Origin: Myxococcales bacterium
GTDB taxonomy: Bacteria; Myxococcota_A; UBA9042; JABWCM01; BTVJ01
NCBI GenBank assembly: GCA_045863395.1
Contig: BTVJ01000005.1
Span: 96,001 to 160,000 of the forward strand
Length of the DNA stretch: 64,000 bases
Direction: 5' to 3'
Each line of letters begins with the position of its first letter. Within the stretch, counting starts at the first letter, position 1. Positions 30,201 through 41,051 of this stretch are shown piece by piece. Made by a program: the position numbers and the translations under genes. The notes below the pieces were generated by a model that was not told where the DNA came from, searched no databases, and worked only from the letters and a program-made list of their open reading frames with translations.

Positions 30201-33019
30201 TCCTTGACGTACTTGCCGCTGATGGTGTCCTGGACCGACAGGTTGCCGTTCATCAGGTTGATCAGATCCACGGCATACTGCCCGTAGGTGATCAGGCTGG
30301 CGCCGTAGATGTACGAGGATGCCCAGAAGGAGCGCCCGGTCTCCGGGTCAGCCGCCGTGGGGCCATAGCCGAGCGGGCTGGCAGCCTGCGCCTCACCCAC
30401 CCAGTACATCTGGTTGTAGCGCGAGTCGCCGATCTTCTTCAGCATACCGGGGTGCGCCACGTTGTCCTTGCACGGGTTTGAGATGGTCCCATCCTCGTTG
30501 CGCGTGGAGTAGCGACAGTCGTTGAGCTGCTTCATGTCGCCCATCTGAGCGTCCGAGCAGGAGTCGCCGGAGTAGATCGGCTCGCAGAGGACGAACATCT
30601 CCGGCAGCGCCTTCTTGATGTCCGCGACCTTGGCCTCCGCGGCGTCGTCGATGCGCGGTGACCAGCCGACACACTTGCCGACCGAGTTCTCGTGGAAGCA
30701 GGTGACGTCTCCCGGCACGCCGGCCACGACGGCGAGGATGCGGTTGATGCCACGCTTCGCCGGAAGAACGTAGGCTCCGACGTCGCCGAACTTGGAGTCG
30801 GTCCCGATGCGGGCCGCGTCCAGGCCGATGTCGAGCAGCTCGACTCCCTTGACGCCATTGATGAAGCGCACGCCCTGAGTCCGGTCCGCCGCGGTGGCGC
30901 TGATCGACGAAGTGGCCTTCACCACCGTGTCCCCGCCGATGAACGCGAACACGTAGGTCTTGCCCGCCTGCACCTGGACATTGTTCAGCTTGGCCAGGAC
31001 CTTGCCGGAACCGTCGACCACCTCCAGGCGCCGCCACGTGGCCGGCTCAACGACCTCGTAGGGGTGCTTGGACGTGTCGCCCTTCGGATCGAGGTGCCCG
31101 GGTACGTCAGCCACCGCCGTTGCCGAGAACGCCACGTTGCTGAACAGCGGGACCTCGGACTTCGGCGCATCGCCCAGCTTGGCTGCCGGGTCGGTCAGGA
31201 CCGCGCGCAGGCTGACCGTCGCGTCCTTCGTCCCGTTGACGAAGCGCACCGAGGACTGGTTCGAGCCAAGGGTCGCCGGGAAGATGCCGTCGGTGGTGCG
31301 AACGGAGGTCACGCCGCCCTTGCCGTCATCCACCAGAACGACGGTGTACGCACGGGGGTTCTTGACGGAGGCGATGGGCTCGACTGCGGCGAGGCCGCCG
31401 TCGTCCAGGCACGTACCGTCCTTGCAGGCCATCCCGTAGGGGCACGGCGAGTTCACGCTGCACGCGATTGTCTTGCCGCAGATGCAGTCACCCGGGGTCT
31501 TGCAGCTCCCGCCGCTGCCAGCGGTGGGGAGGCAGTCGCCGCCGTAGGCATTGCAGTCGGCTCCCGTCGAGCAGAGGATTTTGACCTCCTTGGAGGTGTC
31601 GACCGAGGTCTCGTGGAGGATGTCCGTGCGACCGCCGGTGCAGTCCGCGCTCGTCTCACAGGTGCGGGCGCCCAGGGCGCGGTCCGCCGGGCGGAGCAGG
31701 CCGAGGTCCTCGTGGAAATAGAGCCAGGCCACCGTCTCCTTGAACACGTCGGACCACCCGTCAGCCGCCTCATAGGCCTCGCGGATGAACGGGTGGACGA
31801 CCTTGCGGGCCCCCTCGCTCAAAACGACTCGACCTCCGGCCCAGCCGACGAGGGCGCCCTCCTCGTCCAGCTCCGGCATCGCCGGGGCCAGCCCCGGGTG
31901 GCTCGTGCTGAGGTGGTACATGATCGGGTTCAGGCCCCGCTCCTTGTAGGGCAAGGGGGTGCCCACCATGCAGCGGCCGTCCTCGAACCACTTCTCGGCG
32001 ACACAGCGCTGGCCCTCGTCGCAGTCGACGTTGGTGATGCAGGCGATGGGCTTGCCATCCTTGCCGAAGGCGGGCTCGAACGTCTGGGACTTTCGCCAAA
32101 GGTTCCAGAGCTGGGCCTTGTAGTCGCGACCGCTCTCCGTCACTCCGTCGAAGTGGTCGTAGTCGTGGCGCTCCGCCTGGAAGTAGCCGAACTTCTCCTG
32201 GTGCTCGCGGTTGGTGTAGACCCGCGTGATGAAGTCGTCGTCGGGGAGCGCCATCTTGAAGCTGTGACGCACCTTGACGATGGCGCCGGCGCAGTCGCCG
32301 GGAGCCTGGCCATAGGCAGCGCACGCATTGTAGCTGGGCGTCGCGAAGTACTTGGTCACGATGTCGAAGTAGTCCGCCTCGAAGGTCGGCGCATCGGGAT
32401 TGAGCCCGTTCGCCTCCCAGTCCTGGACGTAATGGACGGGCTGGGCGGACGCGCTGCCGGTGATGAAGCCGGTCTCCCGCACCATCTCAGAGCCCCAGTC
32501 CACACGGACGTAGTCGCGGAGGTACCAGGGGCGGTCCGACGTGTTCTCCGAGATCACGTTGGTCTGCTCACCGGTCGCGGTGCTGTACTCGCGCTTGATG
32601 TCGAAGTGGCTCGTGATGGGCCACATGGCCACCGGCGAGCTCACGTAGACCTCGATGAACTCGTCGCGGCGGTCCTTGTCCCAGTAGCGGCGGATCTTCT
32701 GCTTGACGAGCTTGCCCTCCGAGCCCTTGACGGTCTCGAGGATGGGGTAGGCGACCAGCAGCTTCTCCTGGACGTCGAAGATGACCTTCGCGCTGTTGCC
32801 GAAGTTCGTCTCGCCCTGGAACGTGAAGGCCGAGCTGTACGGGATGTCGGAGACGGTCTTCACGTAGTACCAGACCCCGTGAAACTGCTCCTTGCTGAGC
32901 GAGTTCGCCTGGGTCCGGTCGATGTCGCCAACGTCCTGCACGCACGCCGCGACAGGGAACAACAGGGCCGCGAGCGTCGCCGCGACCAGGCCCTTCGAGG
33001 TGCCCTTGAACCACTTCAT
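27239..33019 (-). CDS. Giant zinc-dependent metalloprotease (metzincin) lipoprotein with Cys-rich inserts, 1926 aa
   Basis: Start MKWFK after AGGAGGA; lipobox VAA-C; HEVGHTMGLRH; TVMDY; several Cys-rich repeats. Confidence 0.85.
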   Translation of the reverse strand: MKWFKGTSKGLVAATLAALLFPVAACVQDVGDIDRTQANSLSKEQFHGVWYYVKTVSDIPYSSAFTFQGETNFGNSAKVIFDVQEKLLVAYPILETVKGSEGKLVKQKIRRYWDKDRRDEFIEVYVSSPVAMWPITSHFDIKREYSTATGEQTNVISENTSDRPWYLRDYVRVDWGSEMVRETGFITGSASAQPVHYVQDWEANGLNPDAPTFEADYFDIVTKYFATPSYNACAAYGQAPGDCAGAIVKVRHSFKMALPDDDFITRVYTNREHQEKFGYFQAERHDYDHFDGVTESGRDYKAQLWNLWRKSQTFEPAFGKDGKPIACITNVDCDEGQRCVAEKWFEDGRCMVGTPLPYKERGLNPIMYHLSTSHPGLAPAMPELDEEGALVGWAGGRVVLSEGARKVVHPFIREAYEAADGWSDVFKETVAWLYFHEDLGLLRPADRALGARTCETSADCTGGRTDILHETSVDTSKEVKILCSTGADCNAYGGDCLPTAGSGGSCKTPGDCICGKTIACSVNSPCPYGMACKDGTCLDDGGLAAVEPIASVKNPRAYTVVLVDDGKGGVTSVRTTDGIFPATLGSNQSSVRFVNGTKDATVSLRAVLTDPAAKLGDAPKSEVPLFSNVAFSATAVADVPGHLDPKGDTSKHPYEVVEPATWRRLEVVDGSGKVLAKLNNVQVQAGKTYVFAFIGGDTVVKATSSISATAADRTQGVRFINGVKGVELLDIGLDAARIGTDSKFGDVGAYVLPAKRGINRILAVVAGVPGDVTCFHENSVGKCVGWSPRIDDAAEAKVADIKKALPEMFVLCEPIYSGDSCSDAQMGDMKQLNDCRYSTRNEDGTISNPCKDNVAHPGMLKKIGDSRYNQMYWVGEAQAASPLGYGPTAADPETGRSFWASSYIYGASLITYGQYAVDLINLMNGNLSVQDTISGKYVKDAIDAIKASRSPEDYTSLYEGLTLGSSASGSHATADGDTYDAEGDDAAVSGPNPLTAWSGDGQDLLGQVRTYGMSPKYRFRAMNNPLAAAQKSPLEIALEKLKGSRIEALLVNDEVKMTMSSGAILPGDPMDDQFADAVSPMNWLGTNALRQEQQRMALLTKSENCVYMPDFMDGAIYGLSKEIGCSAEAKKAGAQPVTSVSEAVALIDENLAATGQEVVPEGYCLEGEALHLVLTARIYGGVLEHEVGHTMGLRHNFAASNDIFNFDDKYYSIRERDAVRCLDVTGCNFARGEECYTACQADGDCAEGTLCVSGTCIDPEVGDPMGQCVAPAQVGLSKASCSPDLAKVKGGDLVPTWDAKAESCVLKGYCGLDGDCAEGQTCKSDRCEPASGVATFDPAVVSKCTTAGDCGEGGICADPGATGSTSCWKISKAIVSRGHQTLGEMEKRRTEYQLSTVMDYGQKINADIHGLGKYDYAAIKFGYGDLVEVYQDVSMLNDFTEKGAPYFGDTPLKFSSFTKDSSIWANTLYHPFFFLNYVITVDANLSSNRVTVPFQQVKLSRDMNYDYNSENYWDTYIEVPYDFCSDEYRGNGGCLYFDTGADSVEVTYHAMEMLTMYYIFDAFQRERFGFGWGNASYSYYARIMDRWMNPLRLSGLYFALYENLFAELNFWKNFSRQPMSGGYFRTSANMAYQFLHQLIASPAPGRYELDPETNTYVNVSYDTTPTDDEDTLVVPIGQGKFPWTTFDTSYGYYAFQHPLWAGAYWEKLAAMQTLTDASISFLSDYVGEALDIGVSSAIGFVTAYPRELTNLFGGVVADAWEQWAGVVEAEPKTGRLEYRPRSAFNPQAQSNMPLVQPSISTLSFKTLSAVVALATLPAGFDPSVTDSMAVVLEGNASDYQLAPGMEWKKFTDPFSNKTYLAIVPRYDANRLAVAARIVDQANALKTAWAAAATDVEAAMYASQLKELVEVLDVLRELNATLGVIRY

Positions 33020-33075
33020 TCGCACTTTCCTCCTGTCGAGCACAGACCAGCCCCGAGCGGGGGCAGGGCCTCTGG

Positions 33076-34227
33076 CTAGAACGTTGCGACCACGTCCAGA
33101 TAAAAACTCGTCAAGTTGTCGCTGGTCGACCGGTAGTCGAAGAACGGGAACCGGAAGCCCTCGTTGTCCAGCGTCTTGGGTGTCTGCAGGGTCGTCGTGC
33201 CGAGCGCGATCCCCAGCTCGTCCAGCACTTGGTAGCTGACCTCGAAGGTGCCGGCCGTCAGATCGCGCTGCCCGATGCCGGGCTTGGCGTTGGCCGAGGT
33301 GAACGCGTCCTCGGGCATCTCGTAGCCGAAGGCCGTGTAGATGATGAAGTCGACGGTGATGCCCAGGCGCTCGACGGGCACGAACTCTGCCGTGAGGCGG
33401 TTCATGAACTGGAACTGGGTGTTGGACCGGGAACCGCACACGGCGCCGCCGCTGTCGAGGGTCTTCGCGCCGAGGCACGGAGGCTCGGCGTTGTTGGCCA
33501 CGTCGAAGGCGGGGTGCTTGCTGCGGTTGAAGTTGTAGTCGAAGCGGAACTGGTAGCTCAGATTGAGCCAATCGAAGCTCTTGCTCAGGCCAAGGCCCCC
33601 TCGCAGCGTAAGGATGCGGGTCTGCGTCTGGGAGGCCAGCGAGGTCGGCGCCAGCAGGTCCACCCACCCGGCGAGCTTGAGGCCCGTCACGGGCTCGCTG
33701 ACGATGGGGCTGACGGACCACGTGAGCGTGAAGTCGCTGAGCAGGGTCTGGCCCCGCGTCGTATTGGCCGAATCCGCGTTCTCGATCAGGGACTTGATCA
33801 GATCGATGCGCGCGATGAGCCGCATGTTGTCGGTGAGCCGCACGAACGGGCGCAGGCTCAGGAGCATGTCCCACTGGGGCCGCGCGTTGTACTCACCGGG
33901 GACGAAGGTCCCGATGCCCAGGGAGTTCTCGTAGATGATGGTTGCGCCGATGGGGAAGACGCTCTTGGCCTCTTCAGCCTCCTCGCCCGCCGGGGTGGCC
34001 TCCTCCTGGACCGTGTCGGTCACCGCCACCTGGGCGTCTGCCGGGGCGGCGTCGGCCCCGGAATCTGCGCCACCGCTGTCCACCGCGGGCGCTGCGCCGC
34101 TGGCCTGCTTCTCTGGAGTGGTGACGGTTGCCTGCTCGGCCTTCGGGGCCGCGTCGTCCGCGTGCGCCGCCGTGGCGGAGAGCACGAGGGCCGCGGCGAG
34201 GCCCGACATCCAGACAGTGGCTTTCAC
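33076..34227 (-). CDS. Putative outer-membrane beta-barrel protein, 383 aa
   Basis: GTG start after GGAGG; Sec signal ending AHA; Ala/acidic linker; alternating amphipathic strands; C-terminus YLDVVATF with terminal Phe. Confidence 0.7.
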   Translation of the reverse strand: MKATVWMSGLAAALVLSATAAHADDAAPKAEQATVTTPEKQASGAAPAVDSGGADSGADAAPADAQVAVTDTVQEEATPAGEEAEEAKSVFPIGATIIYENSLGIGTFVPGEYNARPQWDMLLSLRPFVRLTDNMRLIARIDLIKSLIENADSANTTRGQTLLSDFTLTWSVSPIVSEPVTGLKLAGWVDLLAPTSLASQTQTRILTLRGGLGLSKSFDWLNLSYQFRFDYNFNRSKHPAFDVANNAEPPCLGAKTLDSGGAVCGSRSNTQFQFMNRLTAEFVPVERLGITVDFIIYTAFGYEMPEDAFTSANAKPGIGQRDLTAGTFEVSYQVLDELGIALGTTTLQTPKTLDNEGFRFPFFDYRSTSDNLTSFYLDVVATF

Positions 34228-34328
34228 ATGACCTCCTGGGCGGAGTCGATCCGCTGGTCGTGACGGAAGGGGCCGCGTCGGGTGCGAGATGCTGCGGCTC
34301 GCGTGCGTCACCGGGCTGGGGACGCGGC

Positions 34329-34356
34329 ATCATACCGACGGTCCGGATCCTGTCAA
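34329..34356 (-). promoter_or_regulatory. Near-consensus sigma70 promoter of the barrel/protease operon
   Basis: TTGACA-N16-TATGAT about 100 nt upstream of the barrel gene. Confidence 0.6.
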
Positions 34357-34590
34357 GGGACAGCTTGACGCGCGGCCGCTTGCCACTGCGTCGGGATCCG
34401 GACACCTCCGTCACTGGAGGGATGACAAAGCAACCAGCGTGCCAGTGGCACGTCCGGAGCCAGCCGAGTGCCCCTGGCGCCCCTGGGACGCGGTCCCGCT
34501 CGCACCGAGGTACCAGAGCACGGACCCTGGAGGCGCGTCAGCGACCTGACGGCGTAAGAAATCCGACGGTGCCCAAGTACCGTGCCCCGA

Positions 34591-37500
34591 TCACGCCAGG
34601 TACACCGCGTCGCGGCCAACGAGGCGCTCTACCTTCCCGATGAGGTCGTCGGAGGGCGTCACGCGCCACCGGTCTCCGCACGCGACGACGACCTCCGTGC
34701 GGTCGGGGAGCTGCAGTGACAATTCCGCCTCGCAAGGCCCCTGGAAGTGCAGGAACGCGGCCTGGAGCGCCTCGACCAGCTTCGGGTCGAGCCCGCCCAC
34801 TGGGACCCTGACCCCCACGCGGCGCGTGAGCTGGCGCCGCGCCGCCGCGATGCTCGAGACCTCCGTCGCCCGCACCTTGCGGACCTTGGCGTCCCCCTCC
34901 CCCTCGATGCGGACCTGGCCCCTCACGAGCAGCGGCTCGTCGCTCTTGATGACCGGCTCCATGTCCGCGTACTGCTTGGAGAACACGATGACCTCCGCCT
35001 GCCCGAGGTGATCCTCGAAGGTCACGAAGGCCATTCGGCCGCTCCCGTCCTTCAAGGGCCGCTCGCGGATCGCAGCGACCACGCCGCCGAAGGTGACGTC
35101 GGCGTTGTTGGGGAGGTTCTCCAGAGACTCGGTGTTCACGTTGGCATAGCGCCGCAGCTCGTCCAGGTAGCGGTCGAGTGGGTGCCCCGTGATGTAGAAC
35201 CCCAGGGACTCCTTCTCTCGCTGGAGCCGCTCGCGCTCGCTCCACTCCGCATCGTCGGGGAGCGGGTCGTACTCCGCGCCCTTCTTGGCGGGCGTCGCCT
35301 GCGTCAGCATCCCGAAGAGGCTCATCTGGCCGCTCTCCCGGTCCCGCTGTGTGGACTGCCCGCGCTCGATGGCCTTGTCGAGGGTGTGCCACAGGACGTC
35401 GCGCGGCTTGCCGAAGGAGTCGAACGCCCCCGAGGCGACCAGCGCCTCGAGCACCCGCCGGTTCACCTTCCTGAGATCGATGCGCTCGCAGAAGTCGAAC
35501 AGGCCCTCGAAGGGGCCATCGGCCCGCACCTTCAGGACGGCCTCGATGGCGCCCTCCCCTACCCCCTTGATGGCGCCGAGCCCGAAGCGGATCGCGCCCT
35601 CGCTCACCGAGAAGTCGAGCACGGACACGTTGACGTCCGGCGGCCGGATCACGATGCCCATGGACCTGGCTTCGGCGATGTAGCGCACCACCTTGTCGGT
35701 GTTGTCCTTGTCGCAGGTGAGCAGGGCCGCCATGAGCTCGACGGGATAGTGGGCCTTAAGGTACGCAGTCTGGTACGATATCAGACCATATGCGGCTGAG
35801 TGTGACTTGTTGAAGCCGTATGAGGCAAACTCCTGCACCAGATCGAAGATATGCCCCGCCTGTGCAGCATCTACGCCGTTCTTCTTGGCTCCATCGACGA
35901 AGATGTCCCGCTGCTGGGCCATCACGTCGGCCTTCTTCTTGCCCATGGCGCGGCGCAGGAGGTCCGCCTGGCCGAGGCTGAACCCGGCAAGGATGGACGC
36001 CAGACGCATCACCTGCTCTTGATAGATGATGGTGCCGTAGGTCTCGCCAAGCACGCCCTCCAGCGAGGGGTGCAGGTAGTCGACAGCCTCCTGGCCGTGC
36101 TTGCGCGCGATGAAGCTGTCGACCATGCCGCTCTGGAGCGGGCCGGGACGGTACAGGGCGACTGCGGCGATGATGTCCTCGAACTTGTCGGGCTTGAGCT
36201 TGCGCATCAGCTCCTTGAAGCCCGAGGACTCGAGCTGGAACACCCCCGTCGTGTTGCCGGAGCTGAGGAGCTCGAACACCCCCGGATCGTTCATGGGGAT
36301 CTCGCTGAGCTCGAACGGCCGCTCCTCGGCCCTTTGCCCTTGGCGGATCAGCCGGACCGTCTGGTCGATGACCGTCAGTGTCTTGAGCCCGAGGAAGTCG
36401 AACTTGACGAGGCCCGCCTCCTCCACCTCGTTCTTGGCGAACTGGGTGACCAGCTCGCCGTTGTCGCCCGTGAGGACCGGGACGTAGTGCCAGAGCACCT
36501 CGTCGCCGATCACGATGCCAGCAGCGTGTACCCCTGTGTGGCGGTACAGGTTCTCCAAGGCGAGCGCCGTGTCGAACAGGCGCTCGTGCTCCGGCGCCTC
36601 GGCCATCCACTCCCGAAGGCGAGGCTCCTGCTTGAGAGCGTCCTCCAGCGTGATGTTCAGGACCTCCGGAACCAGCTTGGCGACCCGGTCCGCATCGCCG
36701 AAGGACATCTCCATGACGCGCGCCACGTCACGGATCACCCCGCGGGCCTTGAGGGAACCAAAGGTGACGATCTGGCCGACGTTGTGGGCGCCGTACTTGT
36801 CGGTCACATACTTGATGACCCGGTCCCGCGTGTTCATGCAGAAGTCGATGTCGAAGTCGGGCATCGACACGCGCTCCGGGTTCAGGAAGCGCTCGAAGAG
36901 GAGGTCATACTTGATGGGGTCGATGTCCGTGATGCGGAGCGCATACGCCACGATGGAGCCGGCGCCCGACCCGCGCCCCGGACCGACGGGGACCCCCATC
37001 TCCTTCGCCGCGTTGATGAAGTCCCACACGATGAGGAAGTAACCAGGGAAGCCCATCTGGTTGATGATGGACGCCTCGAGCTCCAGGCGGTCCCTGTACT
37101 TCTGCTCGTCGACCTCGATGCCCAGGCGCCGGAAGGTCTCGAGCCGCGCGGCGAGGCCCTGCCGTGCCAGGTGAGCGAGGTAGCCCGCCTGGTCGAAGCC
37201 CTCGGGCACCTTGTACTGCGGCAGGAACACCTCCCCAAGCACCAGCTTGACGTTGCAGCGCTCGCCGATTCGGATGGCAGCGTCGATGGCCTCGCCGTGG
37301 TCGGGCAGCCCGGCGCGCATCTCCTCGCCCGACCGCAGGGTGAAGCCGTCCGGGATGTTCGCCAGGCGGTCGAGGTCCTGCATGCTCTTCTGCATCTGCA
37401 GGCACATCAGCGCCTTGTGGACCTGCGCGTCCTCCCGCGTCAGGTAGTGGACATCGTTGGTGGCGACCAGCGGCACGCCACAGGACTCCCCGATCTCAGT

Positions 37501-38085
37501 GACTCCCCGGCGCACCGTCTCGTGCTCGGCCACGCTCGACGGCTGGACCTCCAGGAAGAAGCACGGCTCCCCGGCGTGGTCCGGCGGGAACATGGCCCGC
37601 AAGCGTGACGCGACGCGCGCGGCCCGGGCGGTGTCCTTGCGCAGCAGCGCCTGCTCGATCTCACCTCCGAGGCCTCCGGACAGCGCGATGATGCCCTCCG
37701 CCGCCTCTGCGAGCACCTCCGGGTCGATCCGGGGCCGGGCGGCGTCGGGCTCGCGGCCCCGGAGCCAGGCGTCGCTGACGACGCGGAGCAGGTTGCGATA
37801 GCCCCGATCGGTCGCGGCCAGCAAGACCAGGTGATAGCCACGGCGGTCGGTCGCCTGCGCCTCGGGATCCATCGCCGGGGCGTACACCTCGCAGCCAAGG
37901 ATCGCCTTGACGCCGGCCTTCTTCGCCGCCTTGTAGAGCTCGACCGCCCCGTAGAGGTTCGCGTGGTCGGTCATGGCGACCGCCGGCATCCCGAGGGCGG
38001 CGGCGCGCTTCACCAGGTCGGGAACACGGACCGTGGAGTCGAGCAGGCTGTAGTGGGTATGGACGTGGAGGTGGACGAAGCTCAT
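34591..38085 (-). CDS. dnaE: DNA polymerase III alpha subunit
   Basis: FVHLHVHTHYSLLD PHP domain, GPGRGSGAGS, PDFDIDF, YGFNKSHS, OB fold. Confidence 0.98.
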   Translation of the reverse strand: MSFVHLHVHTHYSLLDSTVRVPDLVKRAAALGMPAVAMTDHANLYGAVELYKAAKKAGVKAILGCEVYAPAMDPEAQATDRRGYHLVLLAATDRGYRNLLRVVSDAWLRGREPDAARPRIDPEVLAEAAEGIIALSGGLGGEIEQALLRKDTARAARVASRLRAMFPPDHAGEPCFFLEVQPSSVAEHETVRRGVTEIGESCGVPLVATNDVHYLTREDAQVHKALMCLQMQKSMQDLDRLANIPDGFTLRSGEEMRAGLPDHGEAIDAAIRIGERCNVKLVLGEVFLPQYKVPEGFDQAGYLAHLARQGLAARLETFRRLGIEVDEQKYRDRLELEASIINQMGFPGYFLIVWDFINAAKEMGVPVGPGRGSGAGSIVAYALRITDIDPIKYDLLFERFLNPERVSMPDFDIDFCMNTRDRVIKYVTDKYGAHNVGQIVTFGSLKARGVIRDVARVMEMSFGDADRVAKLVPEVLNITLEDALKQEPRLREWMAEAPEHERLFDTALALENLYRHTGVHAAGIVIGDEVLWHYVPVLTGDNGELVTQFAKNEVEEAGLVKFDFLGLKTLTVIDQTVRLIRQGQRAEERPFELSEIPMNDPGVFELLSSGNTTGVFQLESSGFKELMRKLKPDKFEDIIAAVALYRPGPLQSGMVDSFIARKHGQEAVDYLHPSLEGVLGETYGTIIYQEQVMRLASILAGFSLGQADLLRRAMGKKKADVMAQQRDIFVDGAKKNGVDAAQAGHIFDLVQEFASYGFNKSHSAAYGLISYQTAYLKAHYPVELMAALLTCDKDNTDKVVRYIAEARSMGIVIRPPDVNVSVLDFSVSEGAIRFGLGAIKGVGEGAIEAVLKVRADGPFEGLFDFCERIDLRKVNRRVLEALVASGAFDSFGKPRDVLWHTLDKAIERGQSTQRDRESGQMSLFGMLTQATPAKKGAEYDPLPDDAEWSERERLQREKESLGFYITGHPLDRYLDELRRYANVNTESLENLPNNADVTFGGVVAAIRERPLKDGSGRMAFVTFEDHLGQAEVIVFSKQYADMEPVIKSDEPLLVRGQVRIEGEGDAKVRKVRATEVSSIAAARRQLTRRVGVRVPVGGLDPKLVEALQAAFLHFQGPCEAELSLQLPDRTEVVVACGDRWRVTPSDDLIGKVERLVGRDAVYLA

Positions 38086-38321
38086 GGACGACCCTCGGGC
38101 TTGGGACACGACGGCCCCCATGGTTCACAGCGCGCCAGGGCAATGCAACCGCTCGATTGCAAGCTCTTGGTTTTGCGAAGCAGTGGCGCCCGGAGCCGCG
38201 CGGAATCCTGGCGCGGACGATCCAGGCCTCGGTCCCGCCATGGGGGCGCGCGGCCAGGCGATGGGCGAGCAACCAGGCGAAATCACATGACAACATCGGT
38301 TCTGGTGGGTGGCAACTTCCC

Positions 38322-38351
38322 TTGACACCCCGTTCGAGGGGCCCGTAGAAT
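38322..38351 (+). promoter_or_regulatory. Sigma70-type promoter of the cytochrome P460-like gene
   Basis: TTGACA-N18-TAGAAT. Confidence 0.55.
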
Positions 38352-38411
38352 CCGGCGTCGCCGCGGATGCTCCGTGAGCGTCGCGGTCCTTCGTACTGTG
38401 GAGGTGTGTCG

Positions 38412-38942
38412 ATGCGCTCCCTGGTTGGTGGCTCTGCAGTGCTTCTCCTGGCCGGGGTGGTCGGAGCGTCCTGTACCTTGCGCGCGACCAACCCGGTCCC
38501 GGACGGGCCGCCCGAGCAGGATCCGGTGGAGCACCCGATGCAGCGCGCTGGTGCTGCCACGTTCCCGTCGGGCTACGACCAGTGGCGCCGCCTCAACGAC
38601 GAGATCATCATGCGCTCCGAGGAGGGCGAGGCGCGCTGGCTCTACGTCAACGGGGCTGCCGAGGGGGCCAGCGGCAGATCCATGCCCGTAGGCAGCATCC
38701 TGGTCAAGGTCCAACACCGGCTCTTCGTCGACAAGGCGGGCAACTCCCAAGTGAGCGACCTGTACAAGATCGCCACGATGGAGAAGGGCGAGGCAGGCCC
38801 CAACAACGGCTGGGTGTTCCGGGCGTTCGATCCAGAGAGCCGCGAAGAGCTGGGGGGCGAGGTCGAGGCGTGCATCGTGTGCCACTCCCAGCGCGCCGGC
38901 GACGACTACACGTTCCGCGCCCTCGAGGACCTCGCTCACTGA
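38412..38942 (+). CDS. Cytochrome P460-family c-type cytochrome, predicted lipoprotein
   Basis: Signal with GAS-C; FPSGYDQW, LYVN, PVGSILVK, MEK..GWVF, C-terminal CIVCH then DYTF. Confidence 0.75.
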   Translation: MRSLVGGSAVLLLAGVVGASCTLRATNPVPDGPPEQDPVEHPMQRAGAATFPSGYDQWRRLNDEIIMRSEEGEARWLYVNGAAEGASGRSMPVGSILVKVQHRLFVDKAGNSQVSDLYKIATMEKGEAGPNNGWVFRAFDPESREELGGEVEACIVCHSQRAGDDYTFRALEDLAH

Positions 38943-38961
38943 TTCGGGGGTGCTCCCGCCG

Positions 38962-41019
<2,058 letters not shown>

Positions 41020-41051
41020 TGCCCGGAGCCTGACCTGCCGTCAGGGGACCG

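Noticed and set aside
33020..33874. 285-aa N-terminal extension of the 2211-aa ORF
   Set aside because: Overlaps the barrel gene in another frame; SD, signal peptide and lipobox start at 33019
34591..38085. Intein in DnaE (also checked RpoB and RpoC)
   Set aside because: Lengths are normal; no splice-junction or LAGLIDADG motifs seen
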